From Bacteroidota bacterium (GTDB lineage Bacteria; Bacteroidota; Bacteroidia; Bacteroidales; JAAUTT01): a DNA stretch of 64,000 nucleotides. Each line of letters opens with the position of its first letter. Positions within the stretch are counted from its first letter, which is position 1. Below the pieces are notes generated by a model, which was given only the letters and a program-made list of their open reading frames with translations, was not told the DNA's origin and made no database searches. Position numbers and translations under genes: made by a program. The DNA lies in assembly GCA_030706405.1 (NCBI GenBank), contig JAUZOO010000001.1, positions 79,762 to 143,761 on the forward strand, read 5' to 3'. Shown here in pieces: positions 10,234-20,040 of this stretch.

Positions 10234-11997
10234 CTAATATCCTGGGTTCTGCCCAAATTCTATACCATTGGATAATGCATCCAGTTCGGTTTGAGGGACT
10301 GGCCGGAGCAGAACGTTCTCGAAATGTCCATTACCCTTTTGTAGAAGATTATCAGGCAAATGAATGTTTTTATTGTATTTCTGTATTCGTTGTGCCAGTG
10401 TACGAGTCCTTTTAAGGTCGAACCATCGCATGTGTTCTCCCGCAAATTCCCGAGCTCGTTCGTCGAGGATGAAATCGAGTGTAATATCGCTTGCAGAGAC
10501 ATTCAAGTCGCCCGAATGAGTTTTGGATGCACGGTTACGGATTACGTTGATATCGATAGCTGCGCTTGCTTTATCTCCTAACTGAAATTCGGCTTCGGCA
10601 GCAATCATGTACATTTCTGCCAAACGGATCATAATAATATCGCGGGTTCCGGGTTGGGCCGTTGCTGAAGTACGCGTAGGGTCGAGGAATTTTTTGAGTG
10701 CAGGAAATAAATCGCAGGTGCTGCGAATGGAGTCGGCTGCATATAAGCTGTCGCGGTCAATTACCACGTATTTACGGGTCCGCTTGTCGGCAATGCTTTT
10801 ATTGGTAATATAAATAGCGGTATCGCCTACATTGATTTTTTGTCCGGCTACGGATGGCAATTTACCCCATGTTTTACAGGTCGCAGCTGTCCAAGTGTAA
10901 GTTGAGCTGTTGTTTTTCCAGGTATCCTGAAATGAGGCTGCATAACGCGAATCCTTGGAGCCATCGAACAAATCAAGCAAAAATTCGGTAGGCATAAAAT
11001 ACATAGATTTTGGGTAACCGTTTGCCATATCAGTAACCATCCCCGGCTTACCGTTATAGTTACAGAGGAACCATAGGTGCAGGCGATTACCGTTTCCATC
11101 CACGTCTATGGAGAGGTTCATGGAGTTGGAAACTACATACAGCGCTTCTTTACAATGCTTATTTCCACTTATAGCGCTGTTATCGTTCAACCACAGGTCG
11201 GAATAATTGGGATAAAGCGAAACACCCCAGTTTGCAGCACTGTCGATGACTGTATGAGCAACTTTTTTTGCACGGGTAAAATAGTCATTAGCTTCGGCGG
11301 TATTGCCTTCATCGAGCGAGTAGTATGCCCTTGTCAATAACACCTTGGCCAAAAGTCCGTAAGCTGATTTTCGAACGGCGCGGCCCAGGTCGGAAGTGGT
11401 GGTTGGCAACCAAAGTTTGGCCGAATCGAGGTCGCTAATCATAAGATTGTAAAAATCCTTAACAGAGCTTCGTTGAGCGGTAAGAATTGGCGAAGTAGTT
11501 TCGGCAGTGCGCAAGCATACTCCTCCCCAGGTTTCGACAATGTGATAATAATAAAAGGCTCTTAAATACCTGAGTTCTCCTTCTTTTTGCTTTCTTACGG
11601 CCTGAGACTGGTAACCGGCATTGTTAATACGTTCGATACCTGCATTGCAGAAGTTTATTCCCGGCCATAAATCGCGCCAGTAGTTGGTGCTCGTTCCGGA
11701 ACTGCTGGAAGTAAAATTGGTATACTTAAATAATTGTGATGCATAGTTACCCTTTTGGTAGGCATACCAAAGGTCGGTGCCAGCTTCGGTCATCAAAGCA
11801 CCGTCTTCCTTTCCCAAAAAATACCGTTGACCGATATACGATGCGTTTATTAATGTTTGAAAACCACTCGGCGTATTCCAAACATTTTCAGCAGTAGCGT
11901 TCGATGGATTATATTCTTCCAGTTTATTACAGGACCACATTCCCGGAATAATCAGGATGAATAAAATATAGATGAGATTGTATTTTATGTTTTTCAT
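10234..11997 (-). CDS. RagB/SusD family nutrient uptake outer membrane lipoprotein
   Basis: 587-aa ORF with a lipoprotein signal (PGMWSC) and TPR-like SusD hallmarks (RAFYYYHIV, LAEMYMIAAEA, RWFDLKR). It sits directly downstream of a SusC-like gene. Confidence 0.9.
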   Translation of the reverse strand: MKNIKYNLIYILFILIIPGMWSCNKLEEYNPSNATAENVWNTPSGFQTLINASYIGQRYFLGKEDGALMTEAGTDLWYAYQKGNYASQLFKYTNFTSSSSGTSTNYWRDLWPGINFCNAGIERINNAGYQSQAVRKQKEGELRYLRAFYYYHIVETWGGVCLRTAETTSPILTAQRSSVKDFYNLMISDLDSAKLWLPTTTSDLGRAVRKSAYGLLAKVLLTRAYYSLDEGNTAEANDYFTRAKKVAHTVIDSAANWGVSLYPNYSDLWLNDNSAISGNKHCKEALYVVSNSMNLSIDVDGNGNRLHLWFLCNYNGKPGMVTDMANGYPKSMYFMPTEFLLDLFDGSKDSRYAASFQDTWKNNSSTYTWTAATCKTWGKLPSVAGQKINVGDTAIYITNKSIADKRTRKYVVIDRDSLYAADSIRSTCDLFPALKKFLDPTRTSATAQPGTRDIIMIRLAEMYMIAAEAEFQLGDKASAAIDINVIRNRASKTHSGDLNVSASDITLDFILDERAREFAGEHMRWFDLKRTRTLAQRIQKYNKNIHLPDNLLQKGNGHFENVLLRPVPQTELDALSNGIEFGQNPGY

Positions 11998-12020
11998 AAT
12001 CTTAAAGTTTGGCAGGTTAA

Positions 12021-15000
12021 TCAGAAATCAACATTTACTCCAAAAATGAATTGTTTGCTCATGGGGAATTTTTCTGACCCGCTGTTTTCGGGGTCGTAAT
12101 TCTTAACAAGGTGACTGTTGGTTATTGTCAAAAGGTTCGATGCTGTTACATAAACCCTCAGCTTCTCCATAAAAAACTTTTTAGTCAATCTGGCAGGAAG
12201 AGTGTAACCCAACGAAACATTCTTGACTTTAAAATAGGAACCATCAACAAAATAAAGCGAATAATAACCGGTATAACTGCTGAACGTTGCTCCCTGGAGG
12301 GGTCTTGGAAAGTCATTCGTAGGATTGGAAGGAGTCCAGTAATTAATAAATGCAGGTCCGTTGCCGCTTCCCGAAGGATTATAGCGGCCCAATAAATCGT
12401 CACTAATCATTTGTCCCCAACGCACAAAACAATAAACGCTAAGATCAAAACCTTTATAGGCTACTTTGTTTTCAAAACCCATTTCCCATTTTGGAGATTT
12501 AGAACCAATGTATGTTCGGTCATTGGTATTAATGACAGTATCCCCGTTCATATCGGCCAATTTAATATCGCCGGGTTTAAATTTGGTGGTCTGTTTTGGA
12601 TTTATAGCCTTCAGTGTCAGCGAATCTGCAGTTTGCCAGATACCCAGTTTCTTATATGTATAAATAGATCTTACCGGACGCCCTATTAACAAGGAGTTTT
12701 CTTCTGCACTTTTCCCGTTATAAGCAATCAAGTCGGTATTACCTACAAGTCTGGTAATTTTCTCCTGATTGGTAGAAAATGTTACGGCTGAAGTCCATCG
12801 AAAATTTTTAGTTTCTACGTTTACCGAGTTAATGGCAATTTCAATACCCTTATTTTCAGTAGCTCCCATGTTCTTATAAACAGTAAATGTCGATTTTGAC
12901 GATGTTCCTCCCGTAGAAACCGGCAATGCCTGAGCTAAAAGCATATTGTCGGTAACGGTTTTGTAAACATCGATGGTTGTACTTAAGCGACCTTTAAATA
13001 TTCCGAGATCCAACCCGATGTTGGTTGTTGTGGATCTTTCCCATCCCAGGTCTTCATTTGCAAGAGAGGAAATATATGAATAGGCAGGTGCCGCATTCTC
13101 ACCAAATGACATGTTACTGGCAGGTGCAATCCCGCTTTGTGTTGAATAGGGATTTATATTTGCATTACCCGCAACTCCATAACTTAATCTTAACTTAAGT
13201 TCATTAATTACATTTATATTCTTCATAAAATTTTCATCGGCAACTCTCCATGCAAAAGCGGCAGAAGGAAATGATGACCATTTTTTAGTCAAAACGGAGG
13301 ATCCATCCAAACGATTGGATAAGGTGACCAAATATTTTCCTTTGTAACTATAATTAATTCTTCCTCCGTACGACATGTTTTCCATTTTGGAGTAATTCGA
13401 ACTAATATTACGCGAGGTAACCTGTGTTGCATTTAAGTTATAGAATAATTGTCCGGGTAAAGCCTGTTTAATCCCGTCTTCCGAATAAGTTTCGGCAATG
13501 AGCTTGTTGTAACTTGTCAACGCTGTGATGGTAAACGAATGGTCGCCAATGGCTTTAGTATAGGTTGCAATGTTGTCCCAAACAATATTCCGCGAATTTG
13601 AATTGATAACATTGGCATAGCTGGTACCCATCGCTGACCGGGCTAACGAAAGGGAGTCGTTAAATATGCCTTCGCGGGTGTTTACCAGGTTTACCCCCAT
13701 ATTGGAACGAAGAGTCAGCCCTTTCAGAGGAGTAATTTCGAGATAACCACTGGCGAATATCTTCGTGCTTAACACGTTGTCGGCAGCTGCATTGGGTCGT
13801 AAATCGGACAAGGGCGATATCGTTGAATTATCTCCGGCTATCGGGTGAACGATGATATTCCCATATTCGTCGTATGGAACACCAAGAGGACTTATCGAAT
13901 TAGCCGTAGCAAGAGGGTCTTGCTTCTTATTTTGATTAAAATGGGTTACCTGGGTTTGCATTCCGGCTTTGGCCCAATTGTTAATCGTATGGTCAACGTT
14001 TACACGACCGTTAAAACGGGTATAATCGTCTTTTACGGCCCCAACTTCTTTAAAATAACCTGCAGAGAGATACGATTGTGTTTTCTCTGTGCCCCCGCTA
14101 ACGGACAATTGATGACTGGTCAGAGAACCGTTGTTCAGAAGAAGTTTATCCCAGTTTACCCATTGCCCTGCTTGCATCGCATTCCATTCCTGGGTTGTAA
14201 ACATTGCCTGGTCGGAGGTGTAAGTGTTATTGGCTTTATAGGCTTCGCGACGGAATGCAATATAATCGTCTCCCATTCGTCCGTAAGGATAAGAAGTAAG
14301 CCCGTTTACTCCGTAATAACCATTGTACGAAACTTTGGTTTTACCGGCCTTTGCTTTTTTGGTAGTGATGATAATAACCCCGCCGGCACCCATGTGCCCG
14401 TAAATTGCCGTAGAAGAAGCATCTTTCAGAACCTCAACCGATTCGATGTCATTAGAACTTAAATCGGAATAATCTCCTCCTTGAATACCGTCGATGATGA
14501 CAAGCGGTTTATTGGCTCCTACGTTTAATACATCGACAGTACGGGTACCACGGATTGAAATATTTACACCAGCCCCGGCAGCCCCGGAACTGCGTACAAC
14601 GTCCATGCCGGGTATTTTTCCCTGGATAGCTTCCATTACATTGCTGGTAGGCGCCTTTACAATGTCGTCGGCTTTAACCGAGCTTACCGAACCGGTAAGA
14701 TCTCGTTTTTTTACGGTTCCATAACCGATAACTACAACTTCATCCAGTTTTTGAACATCCGGAGTAAGTTTTAGGTCGAGTATCGATTGTCCGGCAGCTT
14801 TAACTTCTTGTGAAAAATAACCAACATATGAAAACATCAATATTGCATTGGGATCGGAAACCTCAATGGTGAATTTACCTTGAATATCGGTTATAACCCC
14901 TGTTGTTGTACCTTTTACAATAATGCTTACGCCCGGGAGGGTTTCGCCCGTGTTTTTATCGGTAACCGTGCCTGTTATTTTTTGCTGAAGCATAACTCCC

Positions 15001-15305
15001 TGAGTTACTTTTGGGGTAATCACAATCAGCTTGTCGTCGAGTATTTTATAAGTCAGATCCGATTTATTAAAGGCCAGAGCCAGCAATTCCTGAAGAGTCA
15101 GGTTCTGAGCATCGACCTTTAAAAATTGACTGTTCACATATTCCGACCGGTAAAGAAATTTATAGTTACTCTTCGACTCTATCCTGTCAAGCAGTTCCCG
15201 TAGTTGAAGTTTCTCAGCCTTGAAGGTAAAACGTTCGTTCTGCGAAAAAACGGACGCGCTGATACATATAAAATTTAGGAATAGAAGTAATGTAGTAAGC
15301 TTCAT
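12021..15305 (-). CDS. SusC/RagA family TonB-linked outer membrane protein with N-terminal STN (anti-sigma signalling) domain
   Basis: STN-like segment (FTFKAEKLQLRELLDRIE..YKFLY), a carboxypeptidase-regulatory-like domain (ITGTVTD..GETLPGVSIIVKGT), a plug, a beta-barrel and a terminal aromatic (VNVDF). The likely start is MKLTTLLLF at 15305; the ORF opens at 15371. Confidence 0.9.
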   Translation of the reverse strand: MKLTTLLLFLNFICISASVFSQNERFTFKAEKLQLRELLDRIESKSNYKFLYRSEYVNSQFLKVDAQNLTLQELLALAFNKSDLTYKILDDKLIVITPKVTQGVMLQQKITGTVTDKNTGETLPGVSIIVKGTTTGVITDIQGKFTIEVSDPNAILMFSYVGYFSQEVKAAGQSILDLKLTPDVQKLDEVVVIGYGTVKKRDLTGSVSSVKADDIVKAPTSNVMEAIQGKIPGMDVVRSSGAAGAGVNISIRGTRTVDVLNVGANKPLVIIDGIQGGDYSDLSSNDIESVEVLKDASSTAIYGHMGAGGVIIITTKKAKAGKTKVSYNGYYGVNGLTSYPYGRMGDDYIAFRREAYKANNTYTSDQAMFTTQEWNAMQAGQWVNWDKLLLNNGSLTSHQLSVSGGTEKTQSYLSAGYFKEVGAVKDDYTRFNGRVNVDHTINNWAKAGMQTQVTHFNQNKKQDPLATANSISPLGVPYDEYGNIIVHPIAGDNSTISPLSDLRPNAAADNVLSTKIFASGYLEITPLKGLTLRSNMGVNLVNTREGIFNDSLSLARSAMGTSYANVINSNSRNIVWDNIATYTKAIGDHSFTITALTSYNKLIAETYSEDGIKQALPGQLFYNLNATQVTSRNISSNYSKMENMSYGGRINYSYKGKYLVTLSNRLDGSSVLTKKWSSFPSAAFAWRVADENFMKNINVINELKLRLSYGVAGNANINPYSTQSGIAPASNMSFGENAAPAYSYISSLANEDLGWERSTTTNIGLDLGIFKGRLSTTIDVYKTVTDNMLLAQALPVSTGGTSSKSTFTVYKNMGATENKGIEIAINSVNVETKNFRWTSAVTFSTNQEKITRLVGNTDLIAYNGKSAEENSLLIGRPVRSIYTYKKLGIWQTADSLTLKAINPKQTTKFKPGDIKLADMNGDTVINTNDRTYIGSKSPKWEMGFENKVAYKGFDLSVYCFVRWGQMISDDLLGRYNPSGSGNGPAFINYWTPSNPTNDFPRPLQGATFSSYTGYYSLYFVDGSYFKVKNVSLGYTLPARLTKKFFMEKLRVYVTASNLLTITNSHLVKNYDPENSGSEKFPMSKQFIFGVNVDF

Positions 15306-15521
15306 GATTAGGATTGTTTTTTTTAGGCAACAGTTTCTACTGCCCAAAACAATAGTTATGAGTTTTTTCATAAATTTGAAGGTTGAAATTTTACTAAGAT
15401 TTTAACACACTCTCTTGGGCGGAAAATGCTGGTACCATTTTCCGCTTTTTGTTTGTTACTCGCGGGGGAGGTTAAGTCATAGGCTTTATTATTTAGTTAG
15501 TTTAATGTTAGTTGTATGCTG

Positions 15522-16622
15522 TTATTTATAAATGATTATATGATTTTTTTCCATCTGATAATGAAAAGGTGTAGCCAGTTCTAACGCATTTAATGCCTGT
15601 TCAATAGTTTCTTTTACAAAAATGCCCGAGAATAACGCTTGTTTGAGGTTTTCGTCTTTAATTTCAATTTCAACGTTATACCATCGCTCTAATTTTTGAG
15701 ATAAATCTGCAAATTTTTCATCCCTGAATACCATTCTGTTGTCCTTCCACGAAATTACAGGGATAACATCCACCTGCGGGTTTACCGATATTGATTTTAT
15801 AGGTTCTGCTTTCTTACTTTCAGGTTCATTTTGAGTTCCGGATACAACAACTTCATCCTTTTTTATCTCACAGATGGCTTGTTGGTTAGGTTTCAGAACT
15901 ACTAACCGGTCCTTTTCCTTCAGGGATTTTTTGTTCGAATATATCTCGATTGTGCCGGAGACCAAGGTCGTCTGAACCGTTTTTTCGTCCGAATATGATT
16001 TAACATTGAATCTCGTTCCCAATACTTTAATGGTAATGCTGTTGGTTTTTACATAAAATGGATGTTGGGGATCTTTTTTCACATCAAAAAAAGCCTCTCC
16101 TTCAATGAAAACGTTACGCGATTCCTTGTCAAAATGTGCCGGATAACGCAGGGTACTTCCGGAGTTCAGGTTTACTGTGGAGCCATCGGGAAGCGTAACT
16201 TTCGACTTGGAACCGTACGAAACGGTAATTTCATTATTAACAAGGTTACTGCTGTTGGCGGTTGTTTTGACTTTTTTGTCGAGGTATTCCTTTGCAAACC
16301 AGGTTGCACCCATGGTCAAAAAAATGATGGCTGCGTATTTAAAAAAGGAGTTTATGAATAACCTTACGGATTTGCCCACCGAAGCGGCCGGGAGATTAAC
16401 TTCTTTTTCAATATTACCTTTCAATTGGTTCAATATACTGCCGGAAGGAGTTTCAATTTCTGTATCCGAAGATTTTTGCCATATATCGTCAAGTAAGGAT
16501 TTAAACCCTTCGGCTTGGTCTCCTTTTTTTGCGAGCATGGCTAATTCTTTAGCTTCGAGCGGAGACAAACGTCCCTCTCTAAACTTCTCTATCAGGTCTT
16601 TTATGTTGTTTTGTCCGTTCAT
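15522..16622 (-). CDS. FecR family anti-sigma factor
   Basis: 366-aa ORF with a single central TM, a FecR-like periplasmic domain (TLPDGSTVNLNSGSTLRYP) and a C-terminal DUF4974-like part. It lies between an ECF sigma gene and an STN-SusC gene. Confidence 0.85.
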   Translation of the reverse strand: MNGQNNIKDLIEKFREGRLSPLEAKELAMLAKKGDQAEGFKSLLDDIWQKSSDTEIETPSGSILNQLKGNIEKEVNLPAASVGKSVRLFINSFFKYAAIIFLTMGATWFAKEYLDKKVKTTANSSNLVNNEITVSYGSKSKVTLPDGSTVNLNSGSTLRYPAHFDKESRNVFIEGEAFFDVKKDPQHPFYVKTNSITIKVLGTRFNVKSYSDEKTVQTTLVSGTIEIYSNKKSLKEKDRLVVLKPNQQAICEIKKDEVVVSGTQNEPESKKAEPIKSISVNPQVDVIPVISWKDNRMVFRDEKFADLSQKLERWYNVEIEIKDENLKQALFSGIFVKETIEQALNALELATPFHYQMEKNHIIIYK

Positions 16623-16736
16623 TCGATCCTCTGTATTATTATAGTGTGCGTGTAAAATATTTTCCGTGAAGGGAAGATGAATTTTTTTTAATTTTTTTGA
16701 TTGAAGTACTGTTCGTCGGTAGTGACAAGCGATAAC

Positions 16737-17291
16737 TTACTGATTGTTAAGCTCAACTAATTGAACCCGTAAGTAAGCGAGGGCGTGACGAATTTGAGTA
16801 TCCACCGTGTTTTCGCTGATACCCAGTTTTTCGGATATTTCTTTATAACTCATATTTTCAATCCGGCTTAATACGAATATCTCGCGCCGACGTTCCGGAA
16901 GTTTTTGAATAAACCGCTGAAGCAAATCTTCAAAATCTTTATAGAGTACCTGATCTTCCGTAATAAAAGCATATTCATTATTATGTTCCAGATAGTATTC
17001 AATAAACGCTTCGTGGTTAACCCGCTGTTGAATAAACCTGTAAACCATGTGGCGGGCAATTCCATATAGGTAGGCTAAAAATGAGGATGAAAATTGCAAA
17101 GCCTTCCGTTGGTTCCATACCGCCATAAATACGTTTTGGACTATCTCTTCAGCATCGGGGGACGAACGGAGCAAACCATACGCAAAAGCATACACGCGCT
17201 TATTGTAGAGATGAAAAAGAGCCTCAAACGCCTCTGAATCATCTTCCGAAATACGGGTAATTAGTTGGTCGGTTGTATCGAAATTTACCAT
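16737..17291 (-). CDS. ECF-subfamily RNA polymerase sigma-70 factor
   Basis: Region 2 (AEEIVQNVFMAVW) and region 4 HTH (MSYKEISEKLGISENTVDTQIRHA). The likely start is MVNFDT at 17291. Confidence 0.85.
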   Translation of the reverse strand: MVNFDTTDQLITRISEDDSEAFEALFHLYNKRVYAFAYGLLRSSPDAEEIVQNVFMAVWNQRKALQFSSSFLAYLYGIARHMVYRFIQQRVNHEAFIEYYLEHNNEYAFITEDQVLYKDFEDLLQRFIQKLPERRREIFVLSRIENMSYKEISEKLGISENTVDTQIRHALAYLRVQLVELNNQ

Positions 17292-17949
17292 TCGAATATT
17301 TCGTTTTAGTAAACAAAACAAAGTAACCAAAACTAAACGAAACTAAAAAATGACAGTAATAAGTTGCTCGATTCAGATTGAGATGCTAGGCCGAACAAAA
17401 AAAGTGAAATCCTTATAAACCCATTTAACATGCTTTAACAATAGTTACGATTCGTTAACAGTACTTTGGGGTATGTTTGAATAGATTAAATTTTTTGAAC
17501 AAAATTGCTCTAATAAACATCCGATGTATCCTCGTTTTAAACACATTAAAATTTCAACAAATTGTAAAAAATTAGTATAATAAGTAAACAATGAATTAAT
17601 CAGATATACTTTGTTATTTTTAACAGATAATATTCATATAATTCAGTAAAGGTAAAATAGTGCAGTAACCGAAAGATTATTTATATTCGGGTGTAAGAAA
17701 TTATGCTGGACTTGATACCATACTTAACGTTGAATTATTATCTATAAAATGGTCGGAGATCTTGGATGATTTGTCATAATAATAGAGGTACGAAAACTTA
17801 TAGAGGCCATTACGTGGTACTTAGTACAAGTAGTATCTTCTAAAGAATCGGTCAAATTTTTCAGAATATATCAAATCTAACAAATTTTTACCCCACGTGA
17901 CAGGAGGACGTTTATAAAAAATACAGAATAATATACAAAGAAAAATACC

Positions 17950-18162
17950 ATGAGAATAAAGATAAAAAGCGAGGTTCCTTTACAATTGAAGAAAATCGAA
18001 TTAGTAGTTGAAGTAATACCTCAAACCAATGCAGAACTGAAAAGTATTATAAACGAAGAATTTATTAAAAATATAGCCTTAATAATTAGTAATATGGGAT
18101 ATATGGTTCTTGAATTTGTAGAAAGACAAGGTACAGACTTTACTTTTATTGTGCAGAAATAA
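17950..18162 (+). CDS. Hypothetical small protein (70 aa)
   Basis: Only an ORF in a very AT-rich intergenic islet. No motif recognised. Confidence 0.3.
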   Translation: MRIKIKSEVPLQLKKIELVVEVIPQTNAELKSIINEEFIKNIALIISNMGYMVLEFVERQGTDFTFIVQK

Positions 18163-18246
18163 ACTAAAGGAATAGAATGCAATACGTTTAATTAAGACTA
18201 AAAAATAAAAGTATAGAAATTTTCAATCAACAATAATCATAACCTA

Positions 18247-18501
18247 ATGGAAACAAATTCAAAAAACATTTCAATTAAAGTAATTTTAATTACAATTGCC
18301 GTTGGCATTTGGGCTATTGTTCTTCAAAATGCAGGAGTTATTCCAACAAATCAAAATGTAAAAGTTGTAAATGAAGTTGATGCAAACGTTCATGGAAAAG
18401 TTAATGTGAATGGTTCTGTAAATGTAGACAATACTGTTTCTATTTCTATTGATGAAGTTCTAGGAAGAGATGGAAAGAAATATTACTTCGAAAACAAATA
18501 A
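18247..18501 (+). CDS. Hypothetical small membrane protein (84 aa)
   Basis: One clear TM segment (ISIKVILITIAVGIWAIVL) followed by a V-N-V-rich repetitive tail. Confidence 0.4.
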   Translation: METNSKNISIKVILITIAVGIWAIVLQNAGVIPTNQNVKVVNEVDANVHGKVNVNGSVNVDNTVSISIDEVLGRDGKKYYFENK

Positions 18502-18588
18502 ATGTAAAGAGTTAAGAAAGCTAAGTTTTGATTAACAACCAAAAAATACCCTTCGTTAACCGTCATTTGTAATGCCGCTTGGGACATC

Positions 18589-18607
18589 ACCGATTTTATA
18601 AATCGGT
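18589..18607. promoter_or_regulatory. Perfect palindrome ACCGATTT-TAT-AAATCGGT upstream of the PDGLE/cbiQ genes; candidate operator
   Basis: 8-bp arms at 18589-18596 and 18600-18607, 26 nt upstream of the likely ATG at 18633. The half-site AAATCGG recurs at 19925-20001. Confidence 0.4.
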
Positions 18608-18632
18608 ACATCATTTTATCAAAATATCAAAA

Positions 18633-18968
18633 ATGCCTTCTAAACCCATCACCAAAAAACTATTCATCGGACTGCTGGCGTTGGCTTTGCTTTCGCCTTT
18701 GGGAATTATATTGCCCGAAATATTTAAAGCAGACGGAGCTTGGGGTGAGTGGTCGACCGAAAAGGTGGCGAAGGACAAAGGTTATGTGCCGGCCGGAATG
18801 AAACGGGATGCATCACGATGGAAAGCGCCTGTACCAGACTATACTACCGGAAAGGAAAACGATTCGCTGCTGAAACGCTCCGGCAATTATATTTTTTCGG
18901 GATTAATGGGTGTTGGTATAATCGGCTTGATTACCTTAGGGGCTGTTAAAATGATGAATAAAAAGTGA
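18633..18968 (+). CDS. PDGLE-domain protein (CbiN/NikN-like small component of Co/Ni ECF transporters)
   Basis: N- and C-terminal TM helices flank a segment with ADGAWGEW and PDY motifs reminiscent of the PDGLE domain. Its stop overlaps the start of the cbiQ-like gene (GTGA). Confidence 0.65.
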   Translation: MPSKPITKKLFIGLLALALLSPLGIILPEIFKADGAWGEWSTEKVAKDKGYVPAGMKRDASRWKAPVPDYTTGKENDSLLKRSGNYIFSGLMGVGIIGLITLGAVKMMNKK

Positions 18969-19891
18969 CCGACCACGTCCCGTCTTTTCTGCTTTCGCCC
19001 GAACCCCGGCAAGTCCCTGCACCGGGCAGGAAAAGCCGTTCCCTTCCGTTTATCGATCGTACGCTGCATAATGTAGCTCGTTTTATCCGTACGGGTTACG
19101 TGCAAAACGATGTCATCATCAAAAAAGGGTTTTTCCAACGGTTGGATGCCCGTGTCAAAATTCTTTTTCTGGTTTGGTTTGTGGTGCTTTCCGGTATCAT
19201 CCGGCATATTCCGGCACAGCTGGCCCTTTCGGGATGTCTGTTCCTGCTTTTTTTGTTATCGCGCGTAAACCTTTGGGATGTTTACAAGAAAATTTTCCTG
19301 TTTAGTTTCTGGTTTGGATTTGTAGTTGTTTCTCCCGCAGCACTCAACCTTGTTACCGGCGGCGAAATATGGCTAAACCTGTTCCACCTCGATGCTCCCC
19401 GACAATTCCTGATCTATCATATTCCTGCTGACATCGGTATTACCCGCGAAGGTATTGAAGTGGTGCTGAGGCTGTACTTTAAAGTTGTCAATTCCCTCTC
19501 CGTTACGCTGCTGGTCTTATACACCACCGTTTTTGCCGACATTATCAAATCGTTGAAACTGTTTCGCGTTCCCGACATCTTTCTGCTGATTATTACCCTC
19601 ACCCATCGGTTTGTATTTATCCTCTCGCGAACTGTCGAAGAAACCTATTTTGCGCTTAAACTCCGCTGGTGGCAACGGCTCCGGAAATCGGAATCCGGAA
19701 AAATCGTTGCCGGAAGGGTCGGTTACCTGTTTCGCAAATCGTGGCTCCGGTACGAAGAAATCTATCGCGCCATGATAGCCCGTGGATATTCGGGACATGT
19801 GCATATTTATTTTACAAGGCGTCTTTCCGGATTCGATATTATTAGCCTCTTTGGCTTACTTATTGTGGGGGGGCTGCTGCTGGTAATCTAG
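18965..19891 (+). CDS. cbiQ: ECF transporter T component (CbiQ/EcfT family)
   Basis: Polytopic membrane ORF with the conserved C-terminal Ala-Arg-Gly coupling motif (YRAMIARGYSG). It has a GTG start and sits between the PDGLE gene and the ABC ATPase. Confidence 0.72.
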   Translation: MTDHVPSFLLSPEPRQVPAPGRKSRSLPFIDRTLHNVARFIRTGYVQNDVIIKKGFFQRLDARVKILFLVWFVVLSGIIRHIPAQLALSGCLFLLFLLSRVNLWDVYKKIFLFSFWFGFVVVSPAALNLVTGGEIWLNLFHLDAPRQFLIYHIPADIGITREGIEVVLRLYFKVVNSLSVTLLVLYTTVFADIIKSLKLFRVPDIFLLIITLTHRFVFILSRTVEETYFALKLRWWQRLRKSESGKIVAGRVGYLFRKSWLRYEEIYRAMIARGYSGHVHIYFTRRLSGFDIISLFGLLIVGGLLLVI

Positions 19892-19924
19892 GTTAATAGT
19901 ATTGCGACCTTAGCCAATAATTTT

Positions 19925-20001
19925 AAAATCGGGCGTCGAAAATCGGGCGTACAATGGTGGAAATAAGCTTGCGATGAAGCACCGTATAGCATCCGATTTT
20001 C
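19925..20001. promoter_or_regulatory. Repeated AAAATCGGGCGT motifs (two direct, one inverted partial copy) in the cbiQ-cbiO gap
   Basis: AAAATCGGGCGT at 19925-19936 and 19939-19950. An inverted partial copy CCGATTTTC lies at 19993-20001. The AAATCGG core is the same as in the palindrome at 18589-18607. Confidence 0.35.
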
Positions 20002-20040
20002 TTGAATCTTTGTTTTTTCTCGTCAAGGAAAAAGAAAATA

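Noticed and set aside
18502-18632. Cobalamin or Ni/Co riboswitch upstream of the PDGLE/cbiQ genes
   Set aside because: No B12 box (GCCACTG-like) or extended conserved helices were seen. Only a 19-bp DNA-type palindrome is present.
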